DNA of 64,000 nt, taken from Chloroflexota bacterium (GTDB lineage Bacteria > Chloroflexota > UBA11872 > VXOZ01). The notes under the pieces were generated by a model, which saw nothing but the letters and a program-made list of their open reading frames with translations, was not told the origin of the DNA and ran no database searches. How positions within the stretch are numbered: the first letter of the stretch is position 1; the number at the start of each line of letters is the position of its first letter. The DNA lies in the NCBI GenBank assembly GCA_963663275.1, contig OY760183.1:96001-160000 (forward strand), in the 5' to 3' direction. Positions 36,998-47,233 of the stretch are shown piece after piece. Both the position numbers and the translations under genes were made by a program.

Positions 36998-37960
36998 TTA
37001 CCCGGAGGCGCTCACGCGCTCCCGCCAGTAGTCCAGCGTATTTTGCAGGGTCTGTTCCAGGGGTATCGCGGCGCGCCAGCCGGTTTGCCGTTGGAACGCG
37101 CGTGGATCCGCCCGCAGCGCCGGGGCGTCGCCGGGCCGGAAGAGCGCCGGATCCGTCTCCACGCGCACCTCCACCCGCGTCAGGCGCAGCATCATCCCCA
37201 GCATCTCGTCAATCGAGCGCGCCGCGCCGGAGCCGATCGTGTACACCGCGCCGGGCGTCCCTTTCTCCAGCGCCAGCCAGTAGGCGACGGCCACGTCGCG
37301 CACGTCGGTAAAGTCGCGCCGGGCGCTCATGTTGCCCACTTTCAGCGTGGGCGGCTGCAAACCCGCCTCCATCCGCGCCAGTTCCCGCGCGAAGCGGGCG
37401 ATGACGAAGTCCGGCGCCTGGCGCGGGCCGATGTGGTTGAACGGCCGCGCGCGCACGCTGGACAACCCGTGGCTCTGGCCATACTGCACCGCCAGCATCT
37501 CCTGTCCCACCTTGCTCACCGCGTAGGGGTCGGCGGGGCGCAGCGGCACGTCCTCGCTCACCGGCAGGTCTGCCTCCTCCACCATACCGTAGACGCTGCT
37601 GGAACTCACCACCAGCAGGCGGGCCGCCGGCGCGTGGGCGCGCATGGCCAGGATGACGTGCAGTTGGCCCAGGATGTTGGCGCTGAGGGTGGCGGCCGGG
37701 TCGCGCCACGCGGTCGGCACGTGCGCCTGGGCCGCCAGATGGAAGACTCTCTCCGGCTTGATTGCCGCCAGCGCGGCGTTCACGGCGGCCTCGTCGGTCA
37801 TGTCCGCCGCGTAGAGGTGCACGCGCTCGCCCAGGTGCGCCAGGCGCCGATGCGGCCCCGGCGTGTGCGCCAACCCCCACACCTCAACCCCCCGCGCCAG
37901 GCAGGCATCCGCCAAATGGCTGCCCGCAAAGCCGGTAATGCCGGTAATCAGTACGCGCAT
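36998..37960 (-). CDS. NDP-sugar epimerase/dehydratase (GDP-mannose 4,6-dehydratase/Rmd-like extended SDR)
   Basis: TGITGFAG, HLAAQ, PYAVSK, RPFNHIGP, RDFTDVRD. Confidence 0.9.
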   Translation of the reverse strand: MRVLITGITGFAGSHLADACLARGVEVWGLAHTPGPHRRLAHLGERVHLYAADMTDEAAVNAALAAIKPERVFHLAAQAHVPTAWRDPAATLSANILGQLHVILAMRAHAPAARLLVVSSSSVYGMVEEADLPVSEDVPLRPADPYAVSKVGQEMLAVQYGQSHGLSSVRARPFNHIGPRQAPDFVIARFARELARMEAGLQPPTLKVGNMSARRDFTDVRDVAVAYWLALEKGTPGAVYTIGSGAARSIDEMLGMMLRLTRVEVRVETDPALFRPGDAPALRADPRAFQRQTGWRAAIPLEQTLQNTLDYWRERVSASG

Positions 37961-38159
37961 GGGGAGCGGCTCTTCGCAAAATACGCGGCGGTGAATTCCT
38001 GCGGCGATTATACGCGCCCGCCAGTGCACGCGGCAACCGCATAAGGCGCTAGCGTCCAGGCTGCGCGCATCTGAAGGCGCGGCCCCTGCGCGGCGTCCAT
38101 TCCGGTAGCGCAGGTTTGCAACCTGCGCTCTTCGTCAAGCCGCTCTACACGATTAGCAT

Positions 38160-39521
38160 CTAACCGCGAGTCTGATCGAAGTACAGCGCCTTGACCGCGA
38201 ACAGTGTGGTCAGTATCGAGTCGACGAGGATGCCGAGGCCAAAGAGCAACATTACGCTCAGGTAGTCCGGCTCCCACAACCCTGCCACATAGAGCAGGAA
38301 AGCGGCGGCGTAGACCGTTCCGTTTGTGATTATCGACTGATAGGCCATGTAGCGGGTCTTGCCGAGTCCGTAGAACAGGCTGTCCGTCACGGTGTTGAAC
38401 GAGAACAAGACGTACGGAACGAAGAGCACCGCAAACGCCGTTGTGGCGAATGCTACTGTAGCCTCATCCGGATTCAGCGCTGTGGCGACAGTTTCCCAGA
38501 ATGGCACGAGAGCTACCCACACGAGCATCATCACCGCGACCACGATCATCGACGTATGCCAAAGTTGGCGCACCCTTTCGATCTGGCCGCTGTTATTTGC
38601 GAACAGCGCCTTTGCCGAATCCGCGAATGCCAGCACCGGCACCAGCATGAAACTCCAAAATACCTGAATGAACAGATAGTAGCCGCCGATCTCCTCCGTG
38701 CCGATCGAGTTGACGATGCGAATAATCATCACGAAGTAGGCCACGTTCCGAACCAGACTGTCCAAACCACTGCCCGCGCCTACGCCGAAGTAGGTGCGTA
38801 TGTCCTGAAACGTCGGCTTGGCCAGCAGCGCCGACGCAGGGACCCTCATGGTAGCCAGCAACGCGTACATCGCCACCGCAAACAGCAGCACACTGGCTAC
38901 GATCGACGACCAAGCCACGCCGATTACCCCAGCATCCAAGGAAAAGCCGTACCCACCGAAGAACAGGCTATCTAAGGCGAATCTGACCAAGACGTTGAGC
39001 AAGGCCATGCCCAGAATCAAGGCTCTCTTGTTCAGGGCTTGCAGAATGACGATCGACGCAGCGTAGAGTAGGACGAACGGCGTACCGAGCACGGTAATGC
39101 CCAGGAAGTCTCTCGTCTCCGCTTGAATTGCCTCAGGCGTGGCGACAATCTCGACGAAACTGCCGCGGAAGGCAAACGCGGCCACGGCAAAGACGGCGGA
39201 GACGACGAATATAAAGACAAGGACGCTCTTCAAGCGGTCCAATTGCACCAAGGCGCTGCTCGCGATGCGGCTGCCGACGAAGAAGTAGACCGCCAGCACC
39301 GTCGCTTCCTGGAAGACCTCGATGACAAGGTTGACGAATTGCCACTGAGCCACAATCGCGAGCGCGCCGGGGTCGGGAATAGCATTGCCAACCAGGTGGA
39401 CACGATAGAGTTGATAGACACCCGGCAGCGCGAGAAAGAGAAGAATGAAAGAGAAGAGTCGCCAGTCCCAAAGCGCCAAGTGCGCCCGTAGTTGGCGAAA
39501 CATGCTGATTTGCGTTGACAT
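38160..39521 (-). CDS. MATE-like multi-pass membrane transporter
   Basis: About 12 hydrophobic segments with MATE-like layout (LDSLFF..G..GVAWSS); more AT-rich codon use than neighbours. Confidence 0.7.
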   Translation of the reverse strand: MSTQISMFRQLRAHLALWDWRLFSFILLFLALPGVYQLYRVHLVGNAIPDPGALAIVAQWQFVNLVIEVFQEATVLAVYFFVGSRIASSALVQLDRLKSVLVFIFVVSAVFAVAAFAFRGSFVEIVATPEAIQAETRDFLGITVLGTPFVLLYAASIVILQALNKRALILGMALLNVLVRFALDSLFFGGYGFSLDAGVIGVAWSSIVASVLLFAVAMYALLATMRVPASALLAKPTFQDIRTYFGVGAGSGLDSLVRNVAYFVMIIRIVNSIGTEEIGGYYLFIQVFWSFMLVPVLAFADSAKALFANNSGQIERVRQLWHTSMIVVAVMMLVWVALVPFWETVATALNPDEATVAFATTAFAVLFVPYVLFSFNTVTDSLFYGLGKTRYMAYQSIITNGTVYAAAFLLYVAGLWEPDYLSVMLLFGLGILVDSILTTLFAVKALYFDQTRG

Positions 39522-39623
39522 GTGTCTAGTATAGTGGAAGCGCGGATGTTGTCCACTGAAAGAGACAGTCGAAGCGAGTAATCGCATGGCAGAATTGCGC
39601 GGTAATCCGCCGATGCGCGCCTA

Positions 39624-41561
39624 TCACAGCCTCTGCGCCTGGTAGAGGTCTTGGAAGAGGCCCGGCTGTGCCAGCAGCGCCTGGGGGCTGCCCTCTTGGA
39701 CCAATCTGCCTTCATCGATCACCAGGATCGTATCGGCGCGCATCACGCCGACCAGCCGGTGCGCCACCACGACGGCGGTGCGCCCGCGCCGGGCCGTCTC
39801 CAGCGCGGCGCGCACCTTCTGGTCGGTCAGCGCGTCCAGGGCGGACGTGGCCTCGTCCAGCAGGAGGATGCGCGGCTGCGCGAGCATAGCCCGGCAGAGG
39901 GCCAGGCGCTGGCGTTCGCCGCCGGAAAGCGCCAGGCCGCGTTCGCCCACCAGCGTCTCGTAGCCGTCCGGCAGCGACGCTACGAAGTCGTGCAGTTGCG
40001 CCGCCTGGGCCGCCGCGACCACCCGCGCGCGTGGGATGTCGCGGGCCGGGTAGACGAGGTTCGCGGAGATCGTGTCGTTCCAGAGGAAGACGTCCTGCGG
40101 CACGAGGCCGATCATGCCGCGCAGGCTCGCCAACGGCAGCGCCGCTATGTCCTGGCCGTCAACGCGAATAACGCCGGAGTGAGGTTCGTAGAAGCGCAGC
40201 AGCAGGTCGATGATGGTGCTCTTGCCGCCGCCGCTGGGACCGACGACGCCAATGAACGCGCCGGGCTCGGCCCGAAATGAGACGCCCTCCAGGCCGAAGC
40301 CGTCGCGGCCGTAATCGAACGAGACATCCGCGAATTCTATGGCGGCGCCGCCGCTCGCTAGATTCGCGCGCTTGGCTGCCGCCGGGCCCGCATCCGCTCG
40401 TACTTCGACAGGCTCAGCACGAACGGATGCTGCCGGGCCTGCCTCCGGGACGGACGCTTCTGCCTTCGTATGCAAGTGAGGCTCCGCGCGGCCTGCGCCT
40501 CTCGCCCCGTCAGCGGTAGCCCGCCCCGCCAGGGCCGCGGCTTGCGGCCAGGCGCGCGTGGTATCCGGCGCTGCTGGCGGCGCCTCCTCTTGCGGCAGGG
40601 CGAGCAGCGCGTCGATGCGCTCGGCCGCGGCTTTGGCCTGGCCGGCGCCCACGTGGCCTTCCAGGATAGCTTCCATCGCAACGTACGCGCGTTGCGTATA
40701 CAGGATGAAGGCCACCAGACCGCCAATGCTGAGCCGTCCGTTGATGACCTCATACGCGCCGTAGCCGTACACCAGACCGAGCCCGACCTGCTCCGTCAGC
40801 TTCAGCGGCAGTTTCAACACCAGGTTGTGGAACGTAATGCTCTTGGCTTTGATGCGCCACTGGACTTTCAGCCATTCCAGCCAGCGGGCCGCTTCATAGG
40901 GCGCGGCGACGTGGGCGCGCACGGCACGCATACCGGGAATCACATCCTGCAGGTAGTTCATACCGTCTTCTCGAATGCGAATGAACTCCCGGTCCAGACG
41001 TTCCGCATACCGCCGCATCCATTCGGCAATGAGATAGCAGACCGGCACGGCAACCAAGCTCACCAACAGCAGGCGGCCGTTGAGATAGAACATGACGCCC
41101 ACCGTGCCCAACAAGAGCACGGCGTTGGTGAACATAGGCAGCAGTTCATTGCTCACGTACACCTCGCCAATCTCGCCGCACACCTTGGTGAGCGTGCGGA
41201 TGATGCGGCCGCTGGCGATGCGCTCCAGATCCTTCATGCGCACGTACAGCAGGTGATTGAAGAGCGCCTGCCGGAGCGATTGCGAGACCGCCTCGCCAAT
41301 GCTGGCGCGCAGATAGTTCTGCGCCGCGCCGAGCGCCATGGTCAAGAGCGGAAAGCCGATGATGCCGACCAGCAGCAGCACGATGAGCCAAATGTCCTTG
41401 GCGGGAATGGCCTGGTCGATGAGGCGCTTGACCAGCAGCGGCGAGACCAGGCTGACGCCGGCGCCCAAGACGACCAGCGCGATGATGCCCGCCAGCAGGC
41501 TGAGGCGCGCCCGCAGTTGCCGCTTGACGACATGGTAGGTCCGGTTGATGCCTGCGCTCAT
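39624..41561 (-). CDS. ABC exporter, fused permease/ATPase (MsbA-like half transporter)
   Basis: TM domain; GPSGGGKST, LSGGERQR, LLLDEATSALD; long linker containing a family-D hairpin. Confidence 0.93.
   Translation of the reverse strand: MSAGINRTYHVVKRQLRARLSLLAGIIALVVLGAGVSLVSPLLVKRLIDQAIPAKDIWLIVLLLVGIIGFPLLTMALGAAQNYLRASIGEAVSQSLRQALFNHLLYVRMKDLERIASGRIIRTLTKVCGEIGEVYVSNELLPMFTNAVLLLGTVGVMFYLNGRLLLVSLVAVPVCYLIAEWMRRYAERLDREFIRIREDGMNYLQDVIPGMRAVRAHVAAPYEAARWLEWLKVQWRIKAKSITFHNLVLKLPLKLTEQVGLGLVYGYGAYEVINGRLSIGGLVAFILYTQRAYVAMEAILEGHVGAGQAKAAAERIDALLALPQEEAPPAAPDTTRAWPQAAALAGRATADGARGAGRAEPHLHTKAEASVPEAGPAASVRAEPVEVRADAGPAAAKRANLASGGAAIEFADVSFDYGRDGFGLEGVSFRAEPGAFIGVVGPSGGGKSTIIDLLLRFYEPHSGVIRVDGQDIAALPLASLRGMIGLVPQDVFLWNDTISANLVYPARDIPRARVVAAAQAAQLHDFVASLPDGYETLVGERGLALSGGERQRLALCRAMLAQPRILLLDEATSALDALTDQKVRAALETARRGRTAVVVAHRLVGVMRADTILVIDEGRLVQEGSPQALLAQPGLFQDLYQAQRL
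40390..40430. repeat. Family-D hairpin inserted in frame in the ABC transporter linker
   Basis: GCATCCGCTCGTACTTCGACAGGCTCAGCACGAACGGATGC flanked by (C/T)GCCGGGCC(C/T) direct repeats 51 bp apart. Confidence 0.8.
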
Positions 41562-41915
41562 GCTTCCTCCTGTGTGTGGATGCGATGCTGCGCCCGCCTG
41601 CTTGCCCTAGGGCGCGCGCCGCCGCCGGGGGTCGTTGTTGATACGGCCGGTGGCGAGATTGGCGTAGGTTGGACGGCGCGGCCAAGGCGTGCAGACGAGT
41701 GCGCGTTTTACCGAACGGCCAGTATACCCGCTTGGCAAGCGCCGCCGGGATTTTCGCCAAAAACACGCCGTTTGCGGGGCGATAGAGTCGGTTTCCCGTC
41801 AAGGTGGTATACTGTTAACACGAAAAAACGGGCGGCCCGTTGGCACTCTCGTGCTGGTGGGTTGCCCGTTCGTGTTGCCCGGCGCGGCGGAGGCCGGGCC
41901 GGTTTGCGCATCGAA

Positions 41916-42580
41916 GACGCAGGTTACAAACCTGCGCTACCGGACGCCGGCGGTTGGACGCAGGTTGCAAACCTGCGCTACCCAGATATGGGGATGCTCC
42001 CCACCGTAGCGCGGGAGCTTGTCCCCCGCCTCTTCGCACACAGAGGGCTAACTCACGCTACCGGACGCAGGTTTCAAACCTGCGCTACCCGGAAATGGGA
42101 ACGCTTTCCCATCGTTGCCCGGGGGCTTGTCCCCCGCCGGTTCGTGTCATTCCGAGCGCAGCGAGGAATCTGGAGTTCATACTGTAACGAACCCTGGATT
42201 CCTCACTGCGCTCCGCTCCGTTCGGAATGACAGGTGTTCAAGGCGCGCGGGTGTGTCCCCACCGATGCCGCGCAAACGTAGCGCGGGGGCTTGTCCCCCG
42301 CCTCTTCGCACCCAGGGGCCTAACTCACGCTACCGGACGCAGGTTACAAACCTGCGCTACCCAGAAATGGGAACGCTTTCCCATCGTTGCCCGGGGGCTT
42401 GTCCCCCGCCGGTTCGTGTCATTCCGAGCGCAGCGAGGAATCTGGAGTTCATACTGTAACGAACCCTGGATTCCTCACTGCGCTCCGCTCCGTTCGGAAT
42501 GACAGGTGTTCAAGGCGCGCGGGTGTGTCCCCCAACGTTGCCGCGCAAACGTAGCGCGGGGGCTTGTCCCCCGCCTCTCG
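41916..42580. repeat. Mixed REP cluster with ~272-bp tandem duplication
   Basis: 42005-42276 is repeated at 42277-42549; each unit has GTAG-REPs and a family-B hairpin. Confidence 0.9.
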
Positions 42581-42641
42581 TCCCGTAGGCAAGACCGCAT
42601 CGCACCTCGTAGGTAAACCGCTCAATGGGCGCAATTCCCTG

Positions 42642-42650
42642 TGGTACAAT
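42642..42650 (+). promoter_or_regulatory. Possible extended -10 promoter for hflX
   Basis: TGGTACAAT ~110 bp upstream of the start. Confidence 0.4.
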
Positions 42651-42758
42651 AGGGGCGCGCGCGGGCGGCATGAGTCTCGTTCGGCCTTGTGAGGCGCGCG
42701 GGCGGCATGAGTCCGGCTTGACTCCACGAGGCGCGTGCGCGCGCGGAGGACTTGTCAA

Positions 42759-44048
42759 TTGCTCGATTTCAAACAACACGGCATTGACGCGCAGCGCGGG
42801 ACGGAGCGCGCCGTGCTGGTCTGCGTCGCGCTGGGCGGCGCCGCCGAGCAGTGGCCGGTGCAAGAGTCGTTGGCGGAACTTGCCAGCCTGGCGCGCACGG
42901 CCGGCGCGGTCGTGGTGGAGACGCGCTCCCAGCGGCGGCGCAAGCCGGACACGGCAACCTTCATCGGCAAAGGCAAGGTGGAGGAGTTGCAGGCGCTGCG
43001 GCGGGAGCGGGCGTACGACCTGGTCATCTTCGATAACGACCTCACGCCCAGCCAGCAGCGCAACCTGGAAGAGCAACTGGACGTCAAGGTGCTCGACCGC
43101 ACGGCGCTCATCTTGGACATCTTCGCCACCCGCGCGCAGACCACCGAGGGCAAGTTGCAGGTGGAAATGGCGCAACTCACGTATCTGCTGCCGCGCCTCT
43201 CCACGCTTTGGGTCAAGTTCTCGCGCCTGGGCGGGGGCATCGGCACACGCGGGCCGGGCGAAACGCAGATCGAGGCCGACCGGCGGCTCATCCGCCAGCG
43301 GCTCGCCCACCTGGGGGAGCGGCTGGATACGGTGCGCGCCCGCCGCGCCCGCCAACGCGCCCGGCGCACCGGCAACGACGTGCCCGTGGCCTCGCTGGTG
43401 GGTTACACCAACTCCGGCAAGAGCACGCTGCTCAACGCCCTGACCCAGGCCGGCGTGCTGGCGGAGGACAAGCTCTTCGCCACGCTGGATCCCACCACCC
43501 GCCGGGTCAAGCTGCCCAACGGCCTGGAGGCGGTGTTCAGCGACACGGTGGGTTTCATCCGCCACCTGCCGCCCACGCTCATCGCGGCCTTCCGCGCCAC
43601 GCTGGAGGAAATCCACGCCGCCGACGTGCTGCTGCACGTGGTGGACGTCAGCCATCCGCAGTGCGAACGCCAGGCGGCGGCGGTCTACGCCACCCTGGCC
43701 GACCTGGGCATCGACGACAAACCGATCGTCACCGCCCTCAACAAGATCGACCGGCTGGAGGGTCTCGCGCCGAACCCGGCGGACTATCCCAATCCCGTGT
43801 TCATCTCCGCCCGCGACGGCGACGGCCTGGAAACGCTGTTGGCTACCGTTGCCGACACGCTGAGCGCGCACCTCTCGGTTGACGTGCGCGTGCGCATTCC
43901 GTATGCGGAGGGGCGTTTGGTCAGCCTCTTCCACCAGCGGGGCAGCATCCGGCGCGAGCGGCACGGCGCGGACGGCACCGAAATCGAAGGCACGCTGCCG
44001 CGCAAGTACTGGCCGGAACTGCGGCCGTACGCGCTCGGCTCACCCTAG
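42759..44048 (+). CDS. hflX: GTPase HflX
   Basis: [50 protein letters not shown]; TTG start after GGAGG. Confidence 0.96.
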   Translation: MLDFKQHGIDAQRGTERAVLVCVALGGAAEQWPVQESLAELASLARTAGAVVVETRSQRRRKPDTATFIGKGKVEELQALRRERAYDLVIFDNDLTPSQQRNLEEQLDVKVLDRTALILDIFATRAQTTEGKLQVEMAQLTYLLPRLSTLWVKFSRLGGGIGTRGPGETQIEADRRLIRQRLAHLGERLDTVRARRARQRARRTGNDVPVASLVGYTNSGKSTLLNALTQAGVLAEDKLFATLDPTTRRVKLPNGLEAVFSDTVGFIRHLPPTLIAAFRATLEEIHAADVLLHVVDVSHPQCERQAAAVYATLADLGIDDKPIVTALNKIDRLEGLAPNPADYPNPVFISARDGDGLETLLATVADTLSAHLSVDVRVRIPYAEGRLVSLFHQRGSIRRERHGADGTEIEGTLPRKYWPELRPYALGSP

Positions 44049-44060
44049 CCCGCGCGGAGA

Positions 44061-45056
44061 GTGACACCCATCATGCCGCCCGCCGCCCGCACGCTCCCCA
44101 TCGTCTACACGCCGCGCCACCAACCCCACGCGCCGCGCATTGAGATTTCGCGCAATTTCGTGGTGGACCATCCGGAGGTGCCGGAGCGCGTGGAAGTGAT
44201 GGCCGACGCCCTGCGGCGGGCCGGTCACGCGGAGAGTTTCGTGGAACCGCGGGAGTATTCGTTCGACGCTGCCGCCGCGGTGCACGACGCCAGTCTCATC
44301 GAATTTCTGGAGACCACCACGCGCCGCCTGGCGCAGACCGACGGCGAATCGGTGCTGGAAACGCCGTACACCATCAGTCCCGACACGCCGCTGGCGGCGA
44401 ATACACTGGCGCAGGCGTGGCTGGCGTCGTGCGTGGCGCTCACCGGCGCGGAGATGCTGCTTGGCGGGCAGTCCCGCGTCTACGCCCTGGAGCGGCCGCC
44501 GGGGCACCACGCGGGACGCTACAAGTACGGCGGCTACTGCTACATCAACCACGCCGCCGTGGCGACCCACACGCTCAAGGCCCATGGCCGCGTCGCCGTG
44601 CTGGACATCGACTTTCACCACGGCAACGGCACGCAGGAGATCTTCTACGAGACCGACGAGGCGCTCTACGTGAGCCTGCACGGCCATCCCGCCTGGGCCT
44701 ATCCGCGCTTCAGCGGCTGGCCGGAAGAGACCGGCGCGGACGCGGGCGAAAACTACACCCTGAACCTGCCCTTGCCCATGTTCACCGCCAACGAGGCGTA
44801 CCTGGCGGCGTTCGCCCAGGCCCTGGAAAAAATCGCCTGGTACGCGCCGGCCTATCTCATTCTTTCCGCCGGCTTCGATACCCGCGCCGGCGATCCGGTG
44901 GGCGCGTTCTCGCTGACGGACGAGTGCTACCAGGCCATGGGGGAAGCGTTGGCCGCGCTCGGCGTGCCGATCCTGGCGGTGCAGGAAGGCGGCTACGACC
45001 TGGAGGGCCTGGGCAAAGCGGTGCTGGCGCTGGTGGACGGCCTGGCCCAGCCCTGA
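44061..45056 (+). CDS. Histone deacetylase-family (acetylpolyamine amidohydrolase-like) protein
   Basis: HPEVPER, RPPGHHA, DIDFHHGNGTQ, SAGFD, QEGGY. Confidence 0.92.
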   Translation: MTPIMPPAARTLPIVYTPRHQPHAPRIEISRNFVVDHPEVPERVEVMADALRRAGHAESFVEPREYSFDAAAAVHDASLIEFLETTTRRLAQTDGESVLETPYTISPDTPLAANTLAQAWLASCVALTGAEMLLGGQSRVYALERPPGHHAGRYKYGGYCYINHAAVATHTLKAHGRVAVLDIDFHHGNGTQEIFYETDEALYVSLHGHPAWAYPRFSGWPEETGADAGENYTLNLPLPMFTANEAYLAAFAQALEKIAWYAPAYLILSAGFDTRAGDPVGAFSLTDECYQAMGEALAALGVPILAVQEGGYDLEGLGKAVLALVDGLAQP

Positions 45057-45074
45057 CCGGCTGCCTCCTCACCT

Positions 45075-45233
45075 CAATGCTGCCGCATTAATCCCGTGCC
45101 CAAACCGTTCGCCCTGAGCCTGGTCGAAGGGTGAGCGGCTTGGGCACGGAGTCGTCCGTCTCAACAACGTAGGGGCACGGCATGCCGTGCCCCTACGTTG
45201 TTGCTCGCTAATGTGCGGTGCGGGGCGCCATCG
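45075..45233. mobile_element. S3 element carrying family-D and GTAG hairpins, inserted in a family-A repeat
   Basis: Starts CAATGCTGCCGCATT; degenerate right end; 11-bp flanks CCTCCTCACCT/CCCCCTCACCC. Confidence 0.6.
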
Positions 45234-45263
45234 CCCCCTCACCCCGGCCCTCTCCCCCAGGGA

Positions 45264-45416
45264 GAGTTGACAGGGGTAGGCAACTGTCATTCCGAGCGGA
45301 GCGAGGAATCTAGAGTTGCTGGAATTACGGGTCCCCCCTCTAGATTCCTCTCTCCGCTGCGCTCCGCTCGGAATGACATGCTAAGCCGGCTCAAGTTTGC
45401 CTACTCCTGTCGGCCC
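45264..45416. mobile_element. S2 element inserted in a family-A hairpin
   Basis: GAGTTGACAGGGGTAGG ... CCTACTCCTGTCGGCCC; flanks AGGGA/AGGGC; ends resemble the reverse complement of 53463-53656. Confidence 0.75.
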
Positions 45417-45438
45417 AGGGCGAGGGGGGTAAGAACGC

Positions 45439-46311
45439 CTACCCGAAGCGTCCGGTGATGTAGGCCTCGGTGCGTTCGTCGGTGGGGTTGGTGAAGAGGT
45501 CCGTGGTGGGGCCGAACTCGATCAGCTTGCCCCGCGCCCTGTCGTCGGAGAGCATGAAAGCGGTGTAGTCCGAGACGCGGGCGGCCTGCTGCATGTTGTG
45601 GGTCACGATGATGATCGTGTAGTCCTTGGCCAGTTCCCGCATCAGGTCTTCGATCTTCAGGGTGGCGATCGGGTCCAGCGCCGAGCACGGCTCGTCCATC
45701 AGCAGCACTTCCGGCGAAACCGCGATGGCCCGGGCGATGCAGAGGCGCTGCTGCTGGCCGCCGGAAAGCGCCAGGCCGCTCTGCTTCAGGTCCTGCTTCA
45801 CCTCGTCCCACAGGGCCGCGCCGCGCAGGGCCGCTTCCACCAGCTCGTCCTCATCCGCCTGGTAGCCGTTGATGCGCGCGCCAAAGAGGATGTTGTCGCG
45901 GATGGAGCGCGGGAACGGGTTGGGTTTCTGGAAGACCATGCCGATGCGCCGCCGCACTTCCACCGGGTCGATCGTGTCCGCATAGATGTTGGCGCCTTCC
46001 AGCAGCACGTCGCCCGCGGTACGCACGCCGCCGATGAGTTCGTTCATGCGGTTTATGCCCCGCAGGAGCGTGCTCTTGCCGCAGCCGGAGGGGCCGATCA
46101 CGGCCGTAATCTTCTTGCGCGGGAACTTGATGGTAACGTCCGTCACCGCGCGGAAGTCGCCGTACCACAGGCTGAAGTCGTTCACTTCCACCGCGGGATC
46201 GGGAATCGCCGCGGGAGCGTCTTGGGGCAACTCAACGGGGATCGAATGCTCTATCACAGTTTCGACCGCACTCTCTTCTGTCCTGGTCTTGACGAAGGGT
46301 ACCTTTATCAT
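45439..46311 (-). CDS. pstB: phosphate ABC transporter ATP-binding protein
   Basis: [45 protein letters not shown]. Confidence 0.97.
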   Translation of the reverse strand: MIKVPFVKTRTEESAVETVIEHSIPVELPQDAPAAIPDPAVEVNDFSLWYGDFRAVTDVTIKFPRKKITAVIGPSGCGKSTLLRGINRMNELIGGVRTAGDVLLEGANIYADTIDPVEVRRRIGMVFQKPNPFPRSIRDNILFGARINGYQADEDELVEAALRGAALWDEVKQDLKQSGLALSGGQQQRLCIARAIAVSPEVLLMDEPCSALDPIATLKIEDLMRELAKDYTIIIVTHNMQQAARVSDYTAFMLSDDRARGKLIEFGPTTDLFTNPTDERTEAYITGRFG

Positions 46312-46333
46312 ACTGTGCTTTCCCTCCCGCGGG

Positions 46334-47233
46334 CTAGTATCTGGTGCGTAGGCGTTGGCGGAGATAGATGGCGGCTGAGTTCAGCGCAATCAGGACGACG
46401 AGCAGCACGATGATACCGGCCGCCGCCAGATCATGGAACTCCGATTGCGCGCGCGAAACCCAGTTGAAGATCTGTATCGGCAGCACGGTGAAGCGGTCGA
46501 GCGGATGCTCCGGCAGGAACGGCACGAACGTGAGCGCGCCAATCGTGATGAGCGGCGCGGTCTCGCCAATGGCGCGCGCCGCCGCCAGAATCGCGCCGGT
46601 GAGCATACCGGGCAAGGCATAGGGCAAGACGTGGTGGCGCACGGTCTCCCACTTGGAAGCGCCCAGGGCGAAAGAAGCCTCCCTCATGCTCGGCGGCACG
46701 GCGCGAATGGCCTCGCGGGACGCGACGATGATGATGGGCAGGATGAGCAGCGCCATGGTGCACGAACCGGCCAGCACGCTGCGCCCCATCTCCATCCAGC
46801 GCACGAAGACTTGCAGTCCCAGCAAGCCGTAGACGATGGAAGGCACACCCGCCAGGTTGGCGATGTTCACCTGGATGAACTGGGTGAACCAGTTGTCGCC
46901 GGCGTATTCTTCCAGATAGATCGCCGACATGACCCCAATCGGCACGGCGAGCAGCATGGTAAAGGCCATCATGTAGAGCGTGCCGAAGAGCGCGGCCTTG
47001 ATGCCGGCCCGCTCCGGGAAGCGCGAGTCGAAGCTGGTGAAGAACTGCCAGTCCAGCCAGCCGGTGCTCTGCACGATAACGTCCACCAGGAGCACCAGCA
47101 GCGTGATGACTCCCAGCAGCACGCTCAGCAGTCCCAACACCACGAAGAAGTGGGACTTGGCGCGGCGCCACGCCATGCTGGCGCTAAAGGTCGGCCCGCC
47201 GGTCGTGCCCAGTGTTTCAGTTTCTTGCGCCAT
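46334..47233 (-). CDS. pstA: phosphate ABC transporter permease PstA
   Basis: [29 protein letters not shown]; ATG overlaps the pstC TGA. Confidence 0.93.
   Translation of the reverse strand: MAQETETLGTTGGPTFSASMAWRRAKSHFFVVLGLLSVLLGVITLLVLLVDVIVQSTGWLDWQFFTSFDSRFPERAGIKAALFGTLYMMAFTMLLAVPIGVMSAIYLEEYAGDNWFTQFIQVNIANLAGVPSIVYGLLGLQVFVRWMEMGRSVLAGSCTMALLILPIIIVASREAIRAVPPSMREASFALGASKWETVRHHVLPYALPGMLTGAILAAARAIGETAPLITIGALTFVPFLPEHPLDRFTVLPIQIFNWVSRAQSEFHDLAAAGIIVLLVVLIALNSAAIYLRQRLRTRY

Noticed and set aside
41840-41868. CIRCE-like TTGGCACTC after a TGGTATACT element
   Set aside because: The right half-site does not match GAGTGCYAA at N9 spacing, and no heat-shock gene follows.
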